DNA of 64,000 nucleotides from positions 85,535 through 149,534 of the forward strand of contig JAJACQ010000020.1 of NCBI GenBank assembly GCA_022601435.1. Direction: 5' to 3'. The notes beneath the pieces were generated by a model. That model saw only the letters and a list, made by a program, of their open reading frames with translations, was not told the origin of the DNA and searched no databases. The DNA comes from Chlamydiia bacterium. GTDB taxonomy: Bacteria > Chlamydiota > Chlamydiia > Chlamydiales > 2-12-FULL-49-11. Position numbers and translations under genes: made by a program. How positions within the stretch are numbered: position 1 is the first letter of the stretch; each line of letters opens with the position of its first letter. This document shows, in pieces, positions 17,380 through 25,629 of this stretch.

Positions 17380-18402
17380 ATGGCAGCGGCAGTATCAGTA
17401 CAATCAGTACCACGAGCTTTTGTGTGGAGAAGACTTCATTCTCTTACAGGGCTTTGGTTTTTAATCTTTTTATGTGAGCATCTATTTACAAATTCACAAG
17501 CAGCCATCTTTTTTGGAGCAAAGGCTACCTGGTTTGTAAATAGCGTAGGTTTTTTATTAAATTTGCCATATTTGCCTTTAGTTGAAACTATTTTATTAGG
17601 TATCCCAATTGCCTTTCATAGCATCTGGGGCGTATGGTATATGTTTACTGCAAAGTCGAATGTAGCAGGGCGAGGAGGGAAAGCTCCTTCGATGAAGTAT
17701 GAACGGAATAAAGCTTATTCAATGCAAAGGATTTCTGCATGGATAATTTTATTTGGTATTGTTCTTCATGTTGTACAGATGCGTTTTATTATGTATCCTC
17801 ATAAAGTACATATGGGCACTTATACTCAAGCTTTTGGCAAATATAAGGTTGATTCAGGTTTATATAAGATTTCTGATCAATTAAATGTTTCGATTTTTGA
17901 TGAGGCGGCAATTGCAAGAGAGAAATCATCTCTTGCAAGAAAGAAAAATAAAATTTCGTTGGTAGATAAGCGATTAGAAGAAATGAAGAAGAGTGGTATT
18001 CATCAAAGGGACTCATATAATGCAGAGATGAGTGAAGTTTATAAAAATATAGAGGATTATCGCAACAATGAAGCATTTGTTAAAGGGCTTGAGTATTTCC
18101 CGATAAAGTCAAATGAGGTAATTATTGTCTCTAAAAAGCCTGCAGATTTGATTTTATTAAGTGTGAGGGAAACCTTTCAGAGCTTGTGGATGTGCGCCTT
18201 TTATACGTTGTTTGTGCTTGCGTCTGTCATGCATGGGTGTAATGGGTTTTGGACATTTTGTATAACCTGGGGATTACTAATCTCTCGAAAGGCTCAGAAG
18301 ACTTGGGTACATTTTGCTCGAGGACTAGCGTTTGTTTTAATTGCTTTAGGTATGCTTTCTATTTGGGGAAGCTTCTTTTTTAACTCGGGGTATTATAGTT
18401 AG
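17380..18402 (+). CDS. sdhC: succinate dehydrogenase cytochrome b subunit SdhC (dihaem type) with large soluble insertion
   Basis: Directly precedes sdhA. TM helices carry candidate haem-ligand His residues (CEHLF, AFHSIW, VLHVVQ, VMHGCNGFW). AAGGTG lies 6 nt before ATG 17380. About 130 hydrophilic residues (nt 17794-18180) interrupt the TM bundle. Confidence 0.7.
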   Translation: MAAAVSVQSVPRAFVWRRLHSLTGLWFLIFLCEHLFTNSQAAIFFGAKATWFVNSVGFLLNLPYLPLVETILLGIPIAFHSIWGVWYMFTAKSNVAGRGGKAPSMKYERNKAYSMQRISAWIILFGIVLHVVQMRFIMYPHKVHMGTYTQAFGKYKVDSGLYKISDQLNVSIFDEAAIAREKSSLARKKNKISLVDKRLEEMKKSGIHQRDSYNAEMSEVYKNIEDYRNNEAFVKGLEYFPIKSNEVIIVSKKPADLILLSVRETFQSLWMCAFYTLFVLASVMHGCNGFWTFCITWGLLISRKAQKTWVHFARGLAFVLIALGMLSIWGSFFFNSGYYS

Positions 18403-20314
18403 ATGAGTAAGAAAAAAGTTGTGATTGTTGGAGGAGGCCTTGCAGGTTTATCTGCAGCAATGAAATGTGCGGAACTGGGCATGCAAGTTGATTTGATAAG
18501 TCTTACAAATGTTAAGCGCTCTCATTCAGTCTGCGCTCAAGGCGGTATTAATGTTGCGATTAATTTGATGGGAGAGATGGATTCTTGTGATATTCATACC
18601 TATGATACAATTAAAGGCGGCGACTTTTTAGGTGATCAGCCTCCTGTCTTGGAAATGTGTTATAATGGACCTGCTATCATTAGAATGTTTGATAGATTAG
18701 GCGTTCCTTTTAATAGAAGGGCCGACGGCCATTTAGATTTTAGAAGATTTGGAGGAACGCTCTACAAGAGAACGGCATTTGCAGGAGCTTCAACAGGGCA
18801 ACAACTCTTATATGCATTGGATGAACAAGTCAGGCGATTTGAAGTGGCGGGACTTGTAAAGAAATACGAGCATCATGAGTATATGCGAACTGTTATAGAT
18901 GAAGAGGGTATTTCCCGCGGAATTGTTGTTATGGATCTTTATACTTCTAAGATGGATGTAATAAAAGGCGATGCAGTACTTCTTGCAACAGGTGGAAATG
19001 GCGTTATCTTTAAATACTCAACAAATTCTACGATCTGTACTGGAGCTGCAAATGGCCGGGCCTATATGCAAGGTGTAAAAATTGCAAATCCTGAATTTAT
19101 TCAGATTCATCCAACGGCAATTCCTGGTGATGATAAATTGAGATTGATGAGTGAGTCTGCTCGTGGAGAAGGGGGACGCGTTTGGGTTTATGGCGATAGC
19201 ACAAAGAGTATTGAAGGACCAGATGGCAATATGGTTCGTTGTGGAAAAACTGGTGAGCCTTGGTATTTTTTAGAAGAGCTCTTTCCTTCTTTTGGTAATC
19301 TTGTTCCACGAGACATTGCTTCTAGATATATTATTAAAGTAGTAGAAGAGGCAAACCTTGGTATTGATGGAAAGAAACAAGTTTATCTAGATCTTACTCA
19401 TCTAGAAGAAAAGACACTTCACAAACTAGAAGCGATATTAGAAATCTATCAAAAATTTACAGGCGAAAATCCTCGAGAGGTTCCGATGAAGATTTTCCCC
19501 AGCTGTTCATTATACAATGGGGGGCATGTGGGTTGATTGGCCAGCAACAGGTGATGATGATCGGTTTGAACGTTATCGACAAATGACTAACATCACAGGT
19601 CTTTTTGCTGCAGGGGAATGCGAATTTCAGTACCATGGAGCAAACCGATTAGGAGCTAATTCACTTTTATCATGTGTTTATGGTGGCATGGTCGCTGCAA
19701 ATGAAATGTTTTTTTATATCGAAGATGTGCCACATAAAAAGCCTGCGGTAAAAGAAGATATCTTTGAAGAGGCATTGGCTCATGAAATGGCAATTAAGCA
19801 AAATTTATTAGAAAGAGATGGTGGAGAAAATATCCATAAACTTCATGATGAACTGGCTTCTATTATGGTATCAAATGTAACTGTAGTGAGGAGTAATGCC
19901 GGATTAAAAGATGCAATCGCTAAGATTAAGGAGTTAAGAGAACGAGCTAAGAATGTTAGTTTAGATGATAAGGGAAATCATTTAAATCAGACAATGCATT
20001 TTGCTTTGCAGTTTCCATATATGCTTGAGATGGCTTTAACGGTTGCTAAAGGAGCTTTAATGCGTGATGAATTTAGAGGATCACACTATAAACCTCAGTT
20101 TCCGAAGAGAAATGATGAAGAGTTCTTAAAAACGACTATTTTAACCTTTGACCCTTATGCAGATGAACCTCAAATTTCATATGCTCCTGTAGATATTAGA
20201 TATTTAGAGCCTGTCTTGCGCGATTATTCGAAAGCAAAAAGAATTACGCCAAAGTTAAAAAATCTTCCCAAAAAAGTACCACTTGTGACAGAAATAGATT
20301 ATGGACGTCGCTAA
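18403..20314 (+). pseudogene. sdhA: succinate dehydrogenase flavoprotein subunit SdhA, reading frame broken once (ORFs 18403-19536 and 19517-20314)
   Basis: N-terminal ORF carries VIVGGGLAGLSAA, the covalent-FAD His (RSHSVCAQGG) and IQIHPT. The C-terminal ORF starts inside the conserved HY.MGG motif. Deleting one C from CCCC at 19497-19500 gives ...[20 protein letters not shown].... The span is 1912 nt, which is 3n+1. This may be a sequencing error rather than a true pseudogene. Confidence 0.85.
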
Positions 20315-20328
20315 ATAAAGAAGGGTTT

Positions 20329-21111
20329 ATGAGCAGTACACAAACCAAAACATTTACTTTAAAGGTTTATCGTGGAGATCAAAATTCACAATATTTTGTT
20401 GAATTTGAGCTTGATCGCAGAGAGGGATTAAATGTTATTTCTGCTTTGATGGAGATACAAAGAAATCCCATTACCAAAACAGGAGAAAGAGTGACTCCTA
20501 TTGTTTGGGAGCAAGCTTGTTTAGAAGAAGTATGTGGTTCTTGCTCAATGTTAATAAATGGAAGACCAAGACAGGCTTGTACAGCTTTAATTGAAGAAAT
20601 TTTAAAAGCTGATAAGACAAATACGATTATTTTAGCGCCTTTTACAAAGTTTCCTTTGATTAGAGATTTAGTCGTTGATCGCTCTTCAATGTTTGAGTCT
20701 TTAAAAAAGATTAAGGGATGGATTCCAGTTGAAGGCTATCACTCAGAAGAGTTTGGCCCTACTATTTCCCCTAAAAAGCAAGAAGCTATGTACGTAGAAT
20801 CTACATGTATGACTTGTGGTTGTTGTTTAGAGGCTTGTCCTCAATTTAGTGATCGCTCTAAATTTGTAGGGGCGGCAGCAATTAACCAGGTTAAGTATTT
20901 TAACTCAAATGAAACTGGTAAAGCCTTAAAAGATCAAAGACTAACTGAGATGATGAAGGAGGGTGGGGTTTCTGATTGTGGAAATGCCCAGAACTGTGTT
21001 CAAGTTTGCCCTAAAAAAATACCACTAACCCAATCGATTGCTTCTATTGGAAAAGATGTTGTTAAAAGCTATTTTAATAGAAAATTTTCTCTTCCAGAGA
21101 AGTCAGAGTAA
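20329..21111 (+). CDS. sdhB: succinate dehydrogenase iron-sulfur subunit SdhB
   Basis: Three Cys clusters: CLEEVCGSCSMLINGRPRQAC (2Fe-2S), CMTCGCCLEACP (4Fe-4S) and CGNAQNCVQVCP (3Fe-4S). Confidence 0.9.
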   Translation: MSSTQTKTFTLKVYRGDQNSQYFVEFELDRREGLNVISALMEIQRNPITKTGERVTPIVWEQACLEEVCGSCSMLINGRPRQACTALIEEILKADKTNTIILAPFTKFPLIRDLVVDRSSMFESLKKIKGWIPVEGYHSEEFGPTISPKKQEAMYVESTCMTCGCCLEACPQFSDRSKFVGAAAINQVKYFNSNETGKALKDQRLTEMMKEGGVSDCGNAQNCVQVCPKKIPLTQSIASIGKDVVKSYFNRKFSLPEKSE

Positions 21112-21730
21112 AATCATGCTTAAATTGATTTTTTATTTGGTTAATGAATTCGTCTTTTGTAAGATAAGGCTTGAGTGTTGTTAAGAAGTCAAAATGATGA
21201 CGCCCTTTTCTATACTTAGGTTCTTTAGGAGGGTGATGTAAAATATCCATCAATGCTTTATCATAATTCCATAAAAAAGAGGTGTGGTGTAAAAAGCGAT
21301 CTTTTTTTATGTATTGAGCATTGCCGCCTACCTTTTTATTTTCAATGGTATAGTCATTGTCTTTTAAAGAAAAAGAAGGAATTAGAAGAGCTTTTTGGTA
21401 AAAAGTATTAGTCCATTGCATAATAGATGATGGAAAAAGATCAATTCCTACATCTGCTTTATTTAAGATAAAGCTAACCATTATAGTATCTTGATTTAAT
21501 ATAACGCAGCCTCCTGCAGAAAAACGTCTAATGATGGGGATGTCGCATTTTTTAGCTTTTTCTAATTGAATGATCTCTTCAGGTATTTGAGAAGATCCCA
21601 TAACAATTGCTGGGGGAGGATTTTTATTAATGATCACAAAGGAACGTGTTTCATTCTGAAGCAAGTTTTTTTCTATCTCTAGTTGCTTAGAAACGGGGGT
21701 GTTTTCTAATTTGAGGTAATGTATGGTCAT
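21074..21730 (-). CDS. lplA: lipoate-protein ligase / octanoyltransferase family protein (BPL/LPL catalytic domain)
   Basis: 218 aa. IRRFSAGGCVILN resembles the RR.SGGGAV motif, and the KVGGNAQYI catalytic-Lys motif is present. The 3' end overlaps sdhB convergently by 38 nt. Confidence 0.7.
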   Translation of the reverse strand: MTIHYLKLENTPVSKQLEIEKNLLQNETRSFVIINKNPPPAIVMGSSQIPEEIIQLEKAKKCDIPIIRRFSAGGCVILNQDTIMVSFILNKADVGIDLFPSSIMQWTNTFYQKALLIPSFSLKDNDYTIENKKVGGNAQYIKKDRFLHHTSFLWNYDKALMDILHHPPKEPKYRKGRHHFDFLTTLKPYLTKDEFINQIKNQFKHDFTLTSLEEKIFY

Positions 21731-22185
21731 TCGGTTTCCAATGAAAGAATTTCTGAGGTTTTAATAATCTTATATTGTAGTCCATGAAGGTTTTTTACTG
21801 TAAAAATCATTAGGTAACCTCCGGGGAGAGTATCTATATTAGAGATGTCTTTTACTTTTTCTCCATTTGCTAATTTAAATAAAAGACCTTGATTTTGTTT
21901 ACTCTTAAGGGTTGTAAAAGCTTGCTTCCAGTCTTTAGCCATCTCTTTAGGATCGACAATCATGATGTCATTTGATGAAGGCATATTTGGGCTCTTTACT
22001 TGTGCATGATGAGCAGATGCTTGCTGTAGCTCTGTACTCATGAGAGTTTGACCTATCAAAGTATTATCATTTTTTTTAGACGCTTTTGTCTGATGAGGAA
22101 CAACAGGCGACGGCTGCATTTGCACAGAAGAAAGAAGTATGATGATGAGAGGGAGGCTATTTTTTAACAAAGAAGCTAATTCCAT
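21727..22185 (-). CDS. hypothetical exported protein
   Basis: Start set at ATG 22185 (MELASLLKNSLPLIIILLSSVQ, signal-like), preceded by AAGGA. The stop overlaps the lplA start (ATGA at 21727-21730). No family recognised. Confidence 0.45.
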   Translation of the reverse strand: MELASLLKNSLPLIIILLSSVQMQPSPVVPHQTKASKKNDNTLIGQTLMSTELQQASAHHAQVKSPNMPSSNDIMIVDPKEMAKDWKQAFTTLKSKQNQGLLFKLANGEKVKDISNIDTLPGGYLMIFTVKNLHGLQYKIIKTSEILSLETE

Positions 22186-22933
22186 TTGGTGTTTCCTTTG
22201 CACGTTGAAGTGCTTGTTTGGCATCTTTTATCATTAAAGCAATATCGTCATAAACGAAATCTTCTGAAGAGACTATCCCAGCATACGCATTTTTATTTTT
22301 AATTTGAAGGATATCATCTAGTAAAGCGCGTTTATTTTTGATTAAAGAGATAATACAAAAGAGATTTTCACTTACTTCCATTACAAGATCAGAAGGAAAT
22401 AAAGGTTTTTTATCTGTTGAAAGAAGAGCAAGAGCAACATGGCTTTTGTTAATAAAAGCTTTCTTTACTCTACCTATAGCCTCTTGATCTATTACACTTC
22501 GACTATCAATATCAACCTGAGCATCGTCTAATACAGGAATCTTCATTTGTGAGATGATCTCATTAGCTTTTTTACCTGAGGATGTGTCTTTTAGAGTTTG
22601 ATAGATATTTTCATCTGCAAGGGGTAAAGATAAAAAGTTTGAAACGCCATGATGTATGAGCCTTTCTAAATATGATTGGTTTAACTTTCCTGTAATAACT
22701 AAAATAGGGGAGGCTTGAGTATTGGGATGTTTTTTTACCGCATCAACAATATGAAGAGTCTTTTTTTCAGCTTCTGTCTCATCAATAATAATAAATGAAA
22801 ACCTTAAGTGCTCAAGCCTTTCTTTTGCAAAGTTATGACTCGGTAGAAAAATAAGCGAAGAATCCAAAAGCTTCTTCTTCAAAATTAACTCATGGGTTTT
22901 GTTTTCGGTAATAACAAGGATATGATCTTTCAT
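22157..22933 (-). CDS. receiver-like domain protein with degenerate GGDEF-like C-terminal half
   Basis: From Met58 of the ORF-track protein. CheY-like fold markers are ILVITEN, FIIIDE (Asp present) and ILVITG, but the conserved Lys-Pro is SLP. The C-terminus aligns by eye to the distal half of GGDEF domains (HVALALLSTD; DLVMEVSENLFCIIS, with GGDEF replaced by SENLF; YAGIVSS...AKQALQRAKETPNG). The upstream 57 codons lie in a tandem repeat and were removed. Confidence 0.5.
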   Translation of the reverse strand: MKDHILVITENKTHELILKKKLLDSSLIFLPSHNFAKERLEHLRFSFIIIDETEAEKKTLHIVDAVKKHPNTQASPILVITGKLNQSYLERLIHHGVSNFLSLPLADENIYQTLKDTSSGKKANEIISQMKIPVLDDAQVDIDSRSVIDQEAIGRVKKAFINKSHVALALLSTDKKPLFPSDLVMEVSENLFCIISLIKNKRALLDDILQIKNKNAYAGIVSSEDFVYDDIALMIKDAKQALQRAKETPNGISFFVKK

Positions 22934-22940
22934 AGCTCTT

Positions 22941-22969
22941 CTTTTAAACGACTTTTCATTCTCTGTCAA
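22941..22969 (-). promoter_or_regulatory. candidate sigma-70-type promoter of the receiver/GGDEF-like gene
   Basis: On the minus strand: TTGACA (22969-22964), a 17-nt spacer, then TAAAAG (22946-22941). ATG 22933 lies only 7 nt after the -10 box, implying a leaderless or near-leaderless mRNA. The -35 box lies at the proximal edge of the 237-bp repeat array. Confidence 0.3.
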
Positions 22970-23650
22970 GTGGGGCTTTGCCGCACCGCCCACCCGAGGA
23001 ACAAAGTCCCTCTTAACTCCCTTCTTGGATTTTTTTGTGCCTGCACAAAAAATACTAAAATTAGAATTATTCACTTCCATTTTTTTGCAATGCAAAAAAA
23101 TCAAGCATGGGTGTGTTAAGGGCGTAGCCCTTGGCTAGGGTATGGGACAACGTCCCATAGGTCTTGATGAGATTAGACTTATGATTTTTCAGAGCTTTTT
23201 TTTTACCAGTGGGGCTTTGCCTTACGCTCACCCGAGGAACAAAGTCCCTCTTAACTCCCTTCTTTGATTTTTTGTGCTTGGACAAAAAATACTAAAACTA
23301 GAATTATTCCCTTCCGTTCTTTTGCAATGCAAAAAAATCAAGCATGGGTTTGTTAAGGGCGTAGCCCTTGACTAGGGTATGGGGCAACGTCCCATAGGTC
23401 TTGATGAGATTAGACTTATGATTTCTCAGAGCCTTTTTTTTACAAGTGGGGCTTTGCCCTACGCCCACCCGAGGAACAAAGTCCCTCTTAACTCCCTTAT
23501 TTGATTTTTTTGTGCTTGGACAAAAAATACTAAAACTAGAATTATTCACTTCCATTTTTTTGCAATGCAAAAAAATCAAGTATGGGTTTGTTAAGGGCGT
23601 AGCCCTTGACTAGGGTATGGGACAACGTCCCATAGGTCTTAATGAGAATA
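22967..23650. repeat. tandem array, about 2.9 copies of a 237/238-bp multi-hairpin unit (family B)
   Basis: The anchor TGCAATGCAAAAAAATCAAG recurs at 23086, 23323 and 23561. Copies differ only by scattered substitutions and 1-nt indels. Each unit carries a chain of short GC-rich hairpins, mostly with 3-nt loops. Confidence 0.9.
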
Positions 23651-23652
23651 GG

Positions 23653-25468
23653 CTAATAGCCTAAGGTGATCATTAAAATGGAGATGTCAGCAGGAGTAAC
23701 TCCTTCAACACGACTGGCAAGTCCGAGCGTTTCAGGTTTGATCTTTGAAAGGCGTGTAGACGCTTCTTTACGAAGGGTTTTCATGCCTAAGTAATCAAAG
23801 TTTGAGGGAATTTTTAAGGAGTCGAGCTTCTCTAACTTTTCTAAAAGCTTGGACTGTCTTTCAATATATCCTGAATATTTAATTTCTATTTCGATTCGCT
23901 TGGCTATATAGGGATTTATCTGAGGGATAATTGATGGGTAAAGACTTTGTACGTCTTGGAAAGTTATTTCAGGGCGAGCAAGGTAAGTAGAAAGCATCAG
24001 ACTTTTACCATGGATCTCCTTTCGGGTGCTTTTGAGCTTTACTACAATAGATCTGATAATCTCTTGCTCTTGGTTGAATTTTTCGAAACGTTCATCGTCA
24101 ATTAAGCCTAGTAAATGTCCAATAGGAGTTAGACGTGTGTCGGCATTATCATAGCGAAGGTGGAGTCTGTGCTCTGCTCGAGATGTAAACATTCTATAGG
24201 GTTCGGTGAGCTCTTTTGTGATGATGTCCTCTATAAGGACACCTATATATGATGAGCTTCTTGATAGAATGAATGATTCTTTCCCTAAGGCGTTGTGTGC
24301 AGCGTTGATACCTGCAATCAATCCCTGTGCTGCTGCTTCTTCATAGCCTGTTGTTCCATTTATCTGCCCTGCAAAAAAAAGATTCTTAATAAGATGAGTT
24401 TCTAAAGTTGCTTTTAGCTGAAGTGATGTGATGTAATCATATTCAATAGCATAGGCAGGTCTCATGATTTTAGCATTTTCTAGACCTTCAATAGTCTTTA
24501 GCATTGCAACCTGTACATCAAAAGGAAGTGATGTAGATATTCCTGCAGCATAATATTCATGAGTTTTTAAACCTTCTCTTTCTAAAAAGATTTGGTGGCG
24601 AATACGCTCTTTAAATCTTGTGATCTTATCTTCATAAGAGGGACAGTAACGTGGTCCCGCACTGTTAATGTTTCCGCTATACATTGCGGATCTATGTAAA
24701 TGCTCTTCTGCGATCTTTTGAGTTTCAAGGTTTGTGTATGTGATAAAGCAGGGGATTGCAGGAAGCCTTTCATCAGTATCTGAATGAGAAAAACACACAT
24801 CATCCTCTGTTTCTTGAATTTCTAATTTAGAAAAATCAATGGTTTTACCATGAATACGTGGAGGAGTCCCTGTCTTTAATCTTGCTAAGTTAAAGCCTAA
24901 ATCTTTTAATTGATCAGAAATAGGGGATGGGGGATCTCCAATTCTTCCGCCGGGAGATATCTTATCTCCAATATGAATGAGGCCTTTCATAAAAGTTCCA
25001 GCAGAAAGAACCACAGTTTTTGCTCGATAGGAAACGCCTAAAGGGGTGGTTACTCCGCAAACTTTTCCTTCTTCTATGATTAATGAGTTTATTCCGCCTT
25101 GCATTAAAAAAAGGTTTTCTGTGTTTTCTAGAAGATATTTCATCTCATATGAATACATAAATCTATCAGATTGACAGCGTGGAGCCCAGACCGCAGGGCC
25201 TTTTGAGCGATTGAGCATGCGGAAATTTATACCGGTTTTGTCGGCTATTTTTCCCATAACTCCGCCAAGTGCGTCGATTTCACGCACAATTTGACCTTTG
25301 GCAGACCCTCCAATAGAAGGATTGCAGCTCATTTTAGCAATAGTATCTAAATTCATTGTAAGAAGCAGGGTTTTTGCACCAATTTTTGCTGATGCATATG
25401 CAGCTTCACAGCCAGCATGCCCTGCCCCCTATAACGATAACATCAAAGTAATCGGGATAGTCCCACAT
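23653..25468 (-). pseudogene. mnmG: tRNA uridine-5-carboxymethylaminomethyl synthesis enzyme MnmG (GidA), frame broken once near the 5' end
   Basis: The ORF 23653-25356 lacks the N-terminal FAD dinucleotide-binding motif. That motif is encoded upstream from ATG 25468 ([14 protein letters not shown]...) but is out of frame. Removing one G from the GGGGG run (C-run 25425-25429 on +) gives ...[46 protein letters not shown].... The span is 1816 nt, which is 3n+1. May be a sequencing error. Confidence 0.85.
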
Positions 25469-25473
25469 AATAA

Positions 25474-25563
25474 TTATTTATTTTTGTGACGATCTCTTCT
25501 ACTTCTCTTTTTACGCTTGTGCTTATTCATTTTAAGCTTACGCTTTTTCTTCACTGAAGACAT
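25474..25563 (-). CDS. 29-aa highly basic protein, bS22 / AURKAIP1-COX24-like small ribosomal protein candidate
   Basis: Absent from the ORF track because it is under 60 aa. Reads ATG at 25563 to TAA at 25476-25474: MSSVKKKRKLKMNKHKRKKRSRRDRHKNK. AAGG lies 7 nt upstream. The stop is 5 nt before the mnmG ATG. The KKR+K+M.K.KHRK pattern matches my memory of actinobacterial bS22. Confidence 0.55.
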   Translation of the reverse strand: MSSVKKKRKLKMNKHKRKKRSRRDRHKNK

Positions 25564-25594
25564 ATTATACCTTTTTTTTAAAAAGTTCGTATCT

Positions 25595-25623
25595 AGCATA
25601 CGCTTATGCCTAGATTTTGTAAA
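25595..25623 (-). promoter_or_regulatory. candidate sigma-70-type promoter for the small basic ORF and mnmG
   Basis: On the minus strand: TTTACA (25623-25618), a 17-nt spacer, then TATGCT (25600-25595). This is about 31 nt upstream of ATG 25563. Confidence 0.35.
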
Positions 25624-25629
25624 GCTTAA

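Noticed and set aside
19490-19536. Programmed +1 ribosomal frameshifting as the explanation for the sdhA (CCC-A) and mnmG (GGG-G) frame breaks.
   Set aside because: A +1 slip on the Pro or Gly codon would restore both proteins. However, I see no stimulatory element: no in-frame stop or obviously rare codon in the A site, no upstream SD-like sequence, and no downstream structure. Two lesions of the same homopolymer type on the same strand are more simply explained by base-calling error or decay. It is kept only as a low-probability alternative.
23067-23579. ORFs 23067-23285 and 23304-23579, plus the first 57 codons of ORF 22157-23104. They encode near-identical peptides (..KKGVKRDFVPRVG..QSPT.KKKAL.NHKSNLIKTYGTL.HTL.KGYALN.PMLDFFALQKNG.E).
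   Set aside because: They are the same 237-bp DNA repeat read in one frame. They have no SD, the frames are broken by the 238-bp period, and the conservation is at nucleotide level, including hairpin stems. I treat them as artefacts of the tandem array, not a paralogous gene family.
22967-23650. Possible CRISPR array, given regularly spaced palindromic repeats (also considered for 33431-33672).
   Set aside because: The whole 237-bp (or 86-bp) unit is repeated, including the inter-hairpin segments, so there are no unique spacers. No cas genes or leader are present. These are tandem repeats, not CRISPR.
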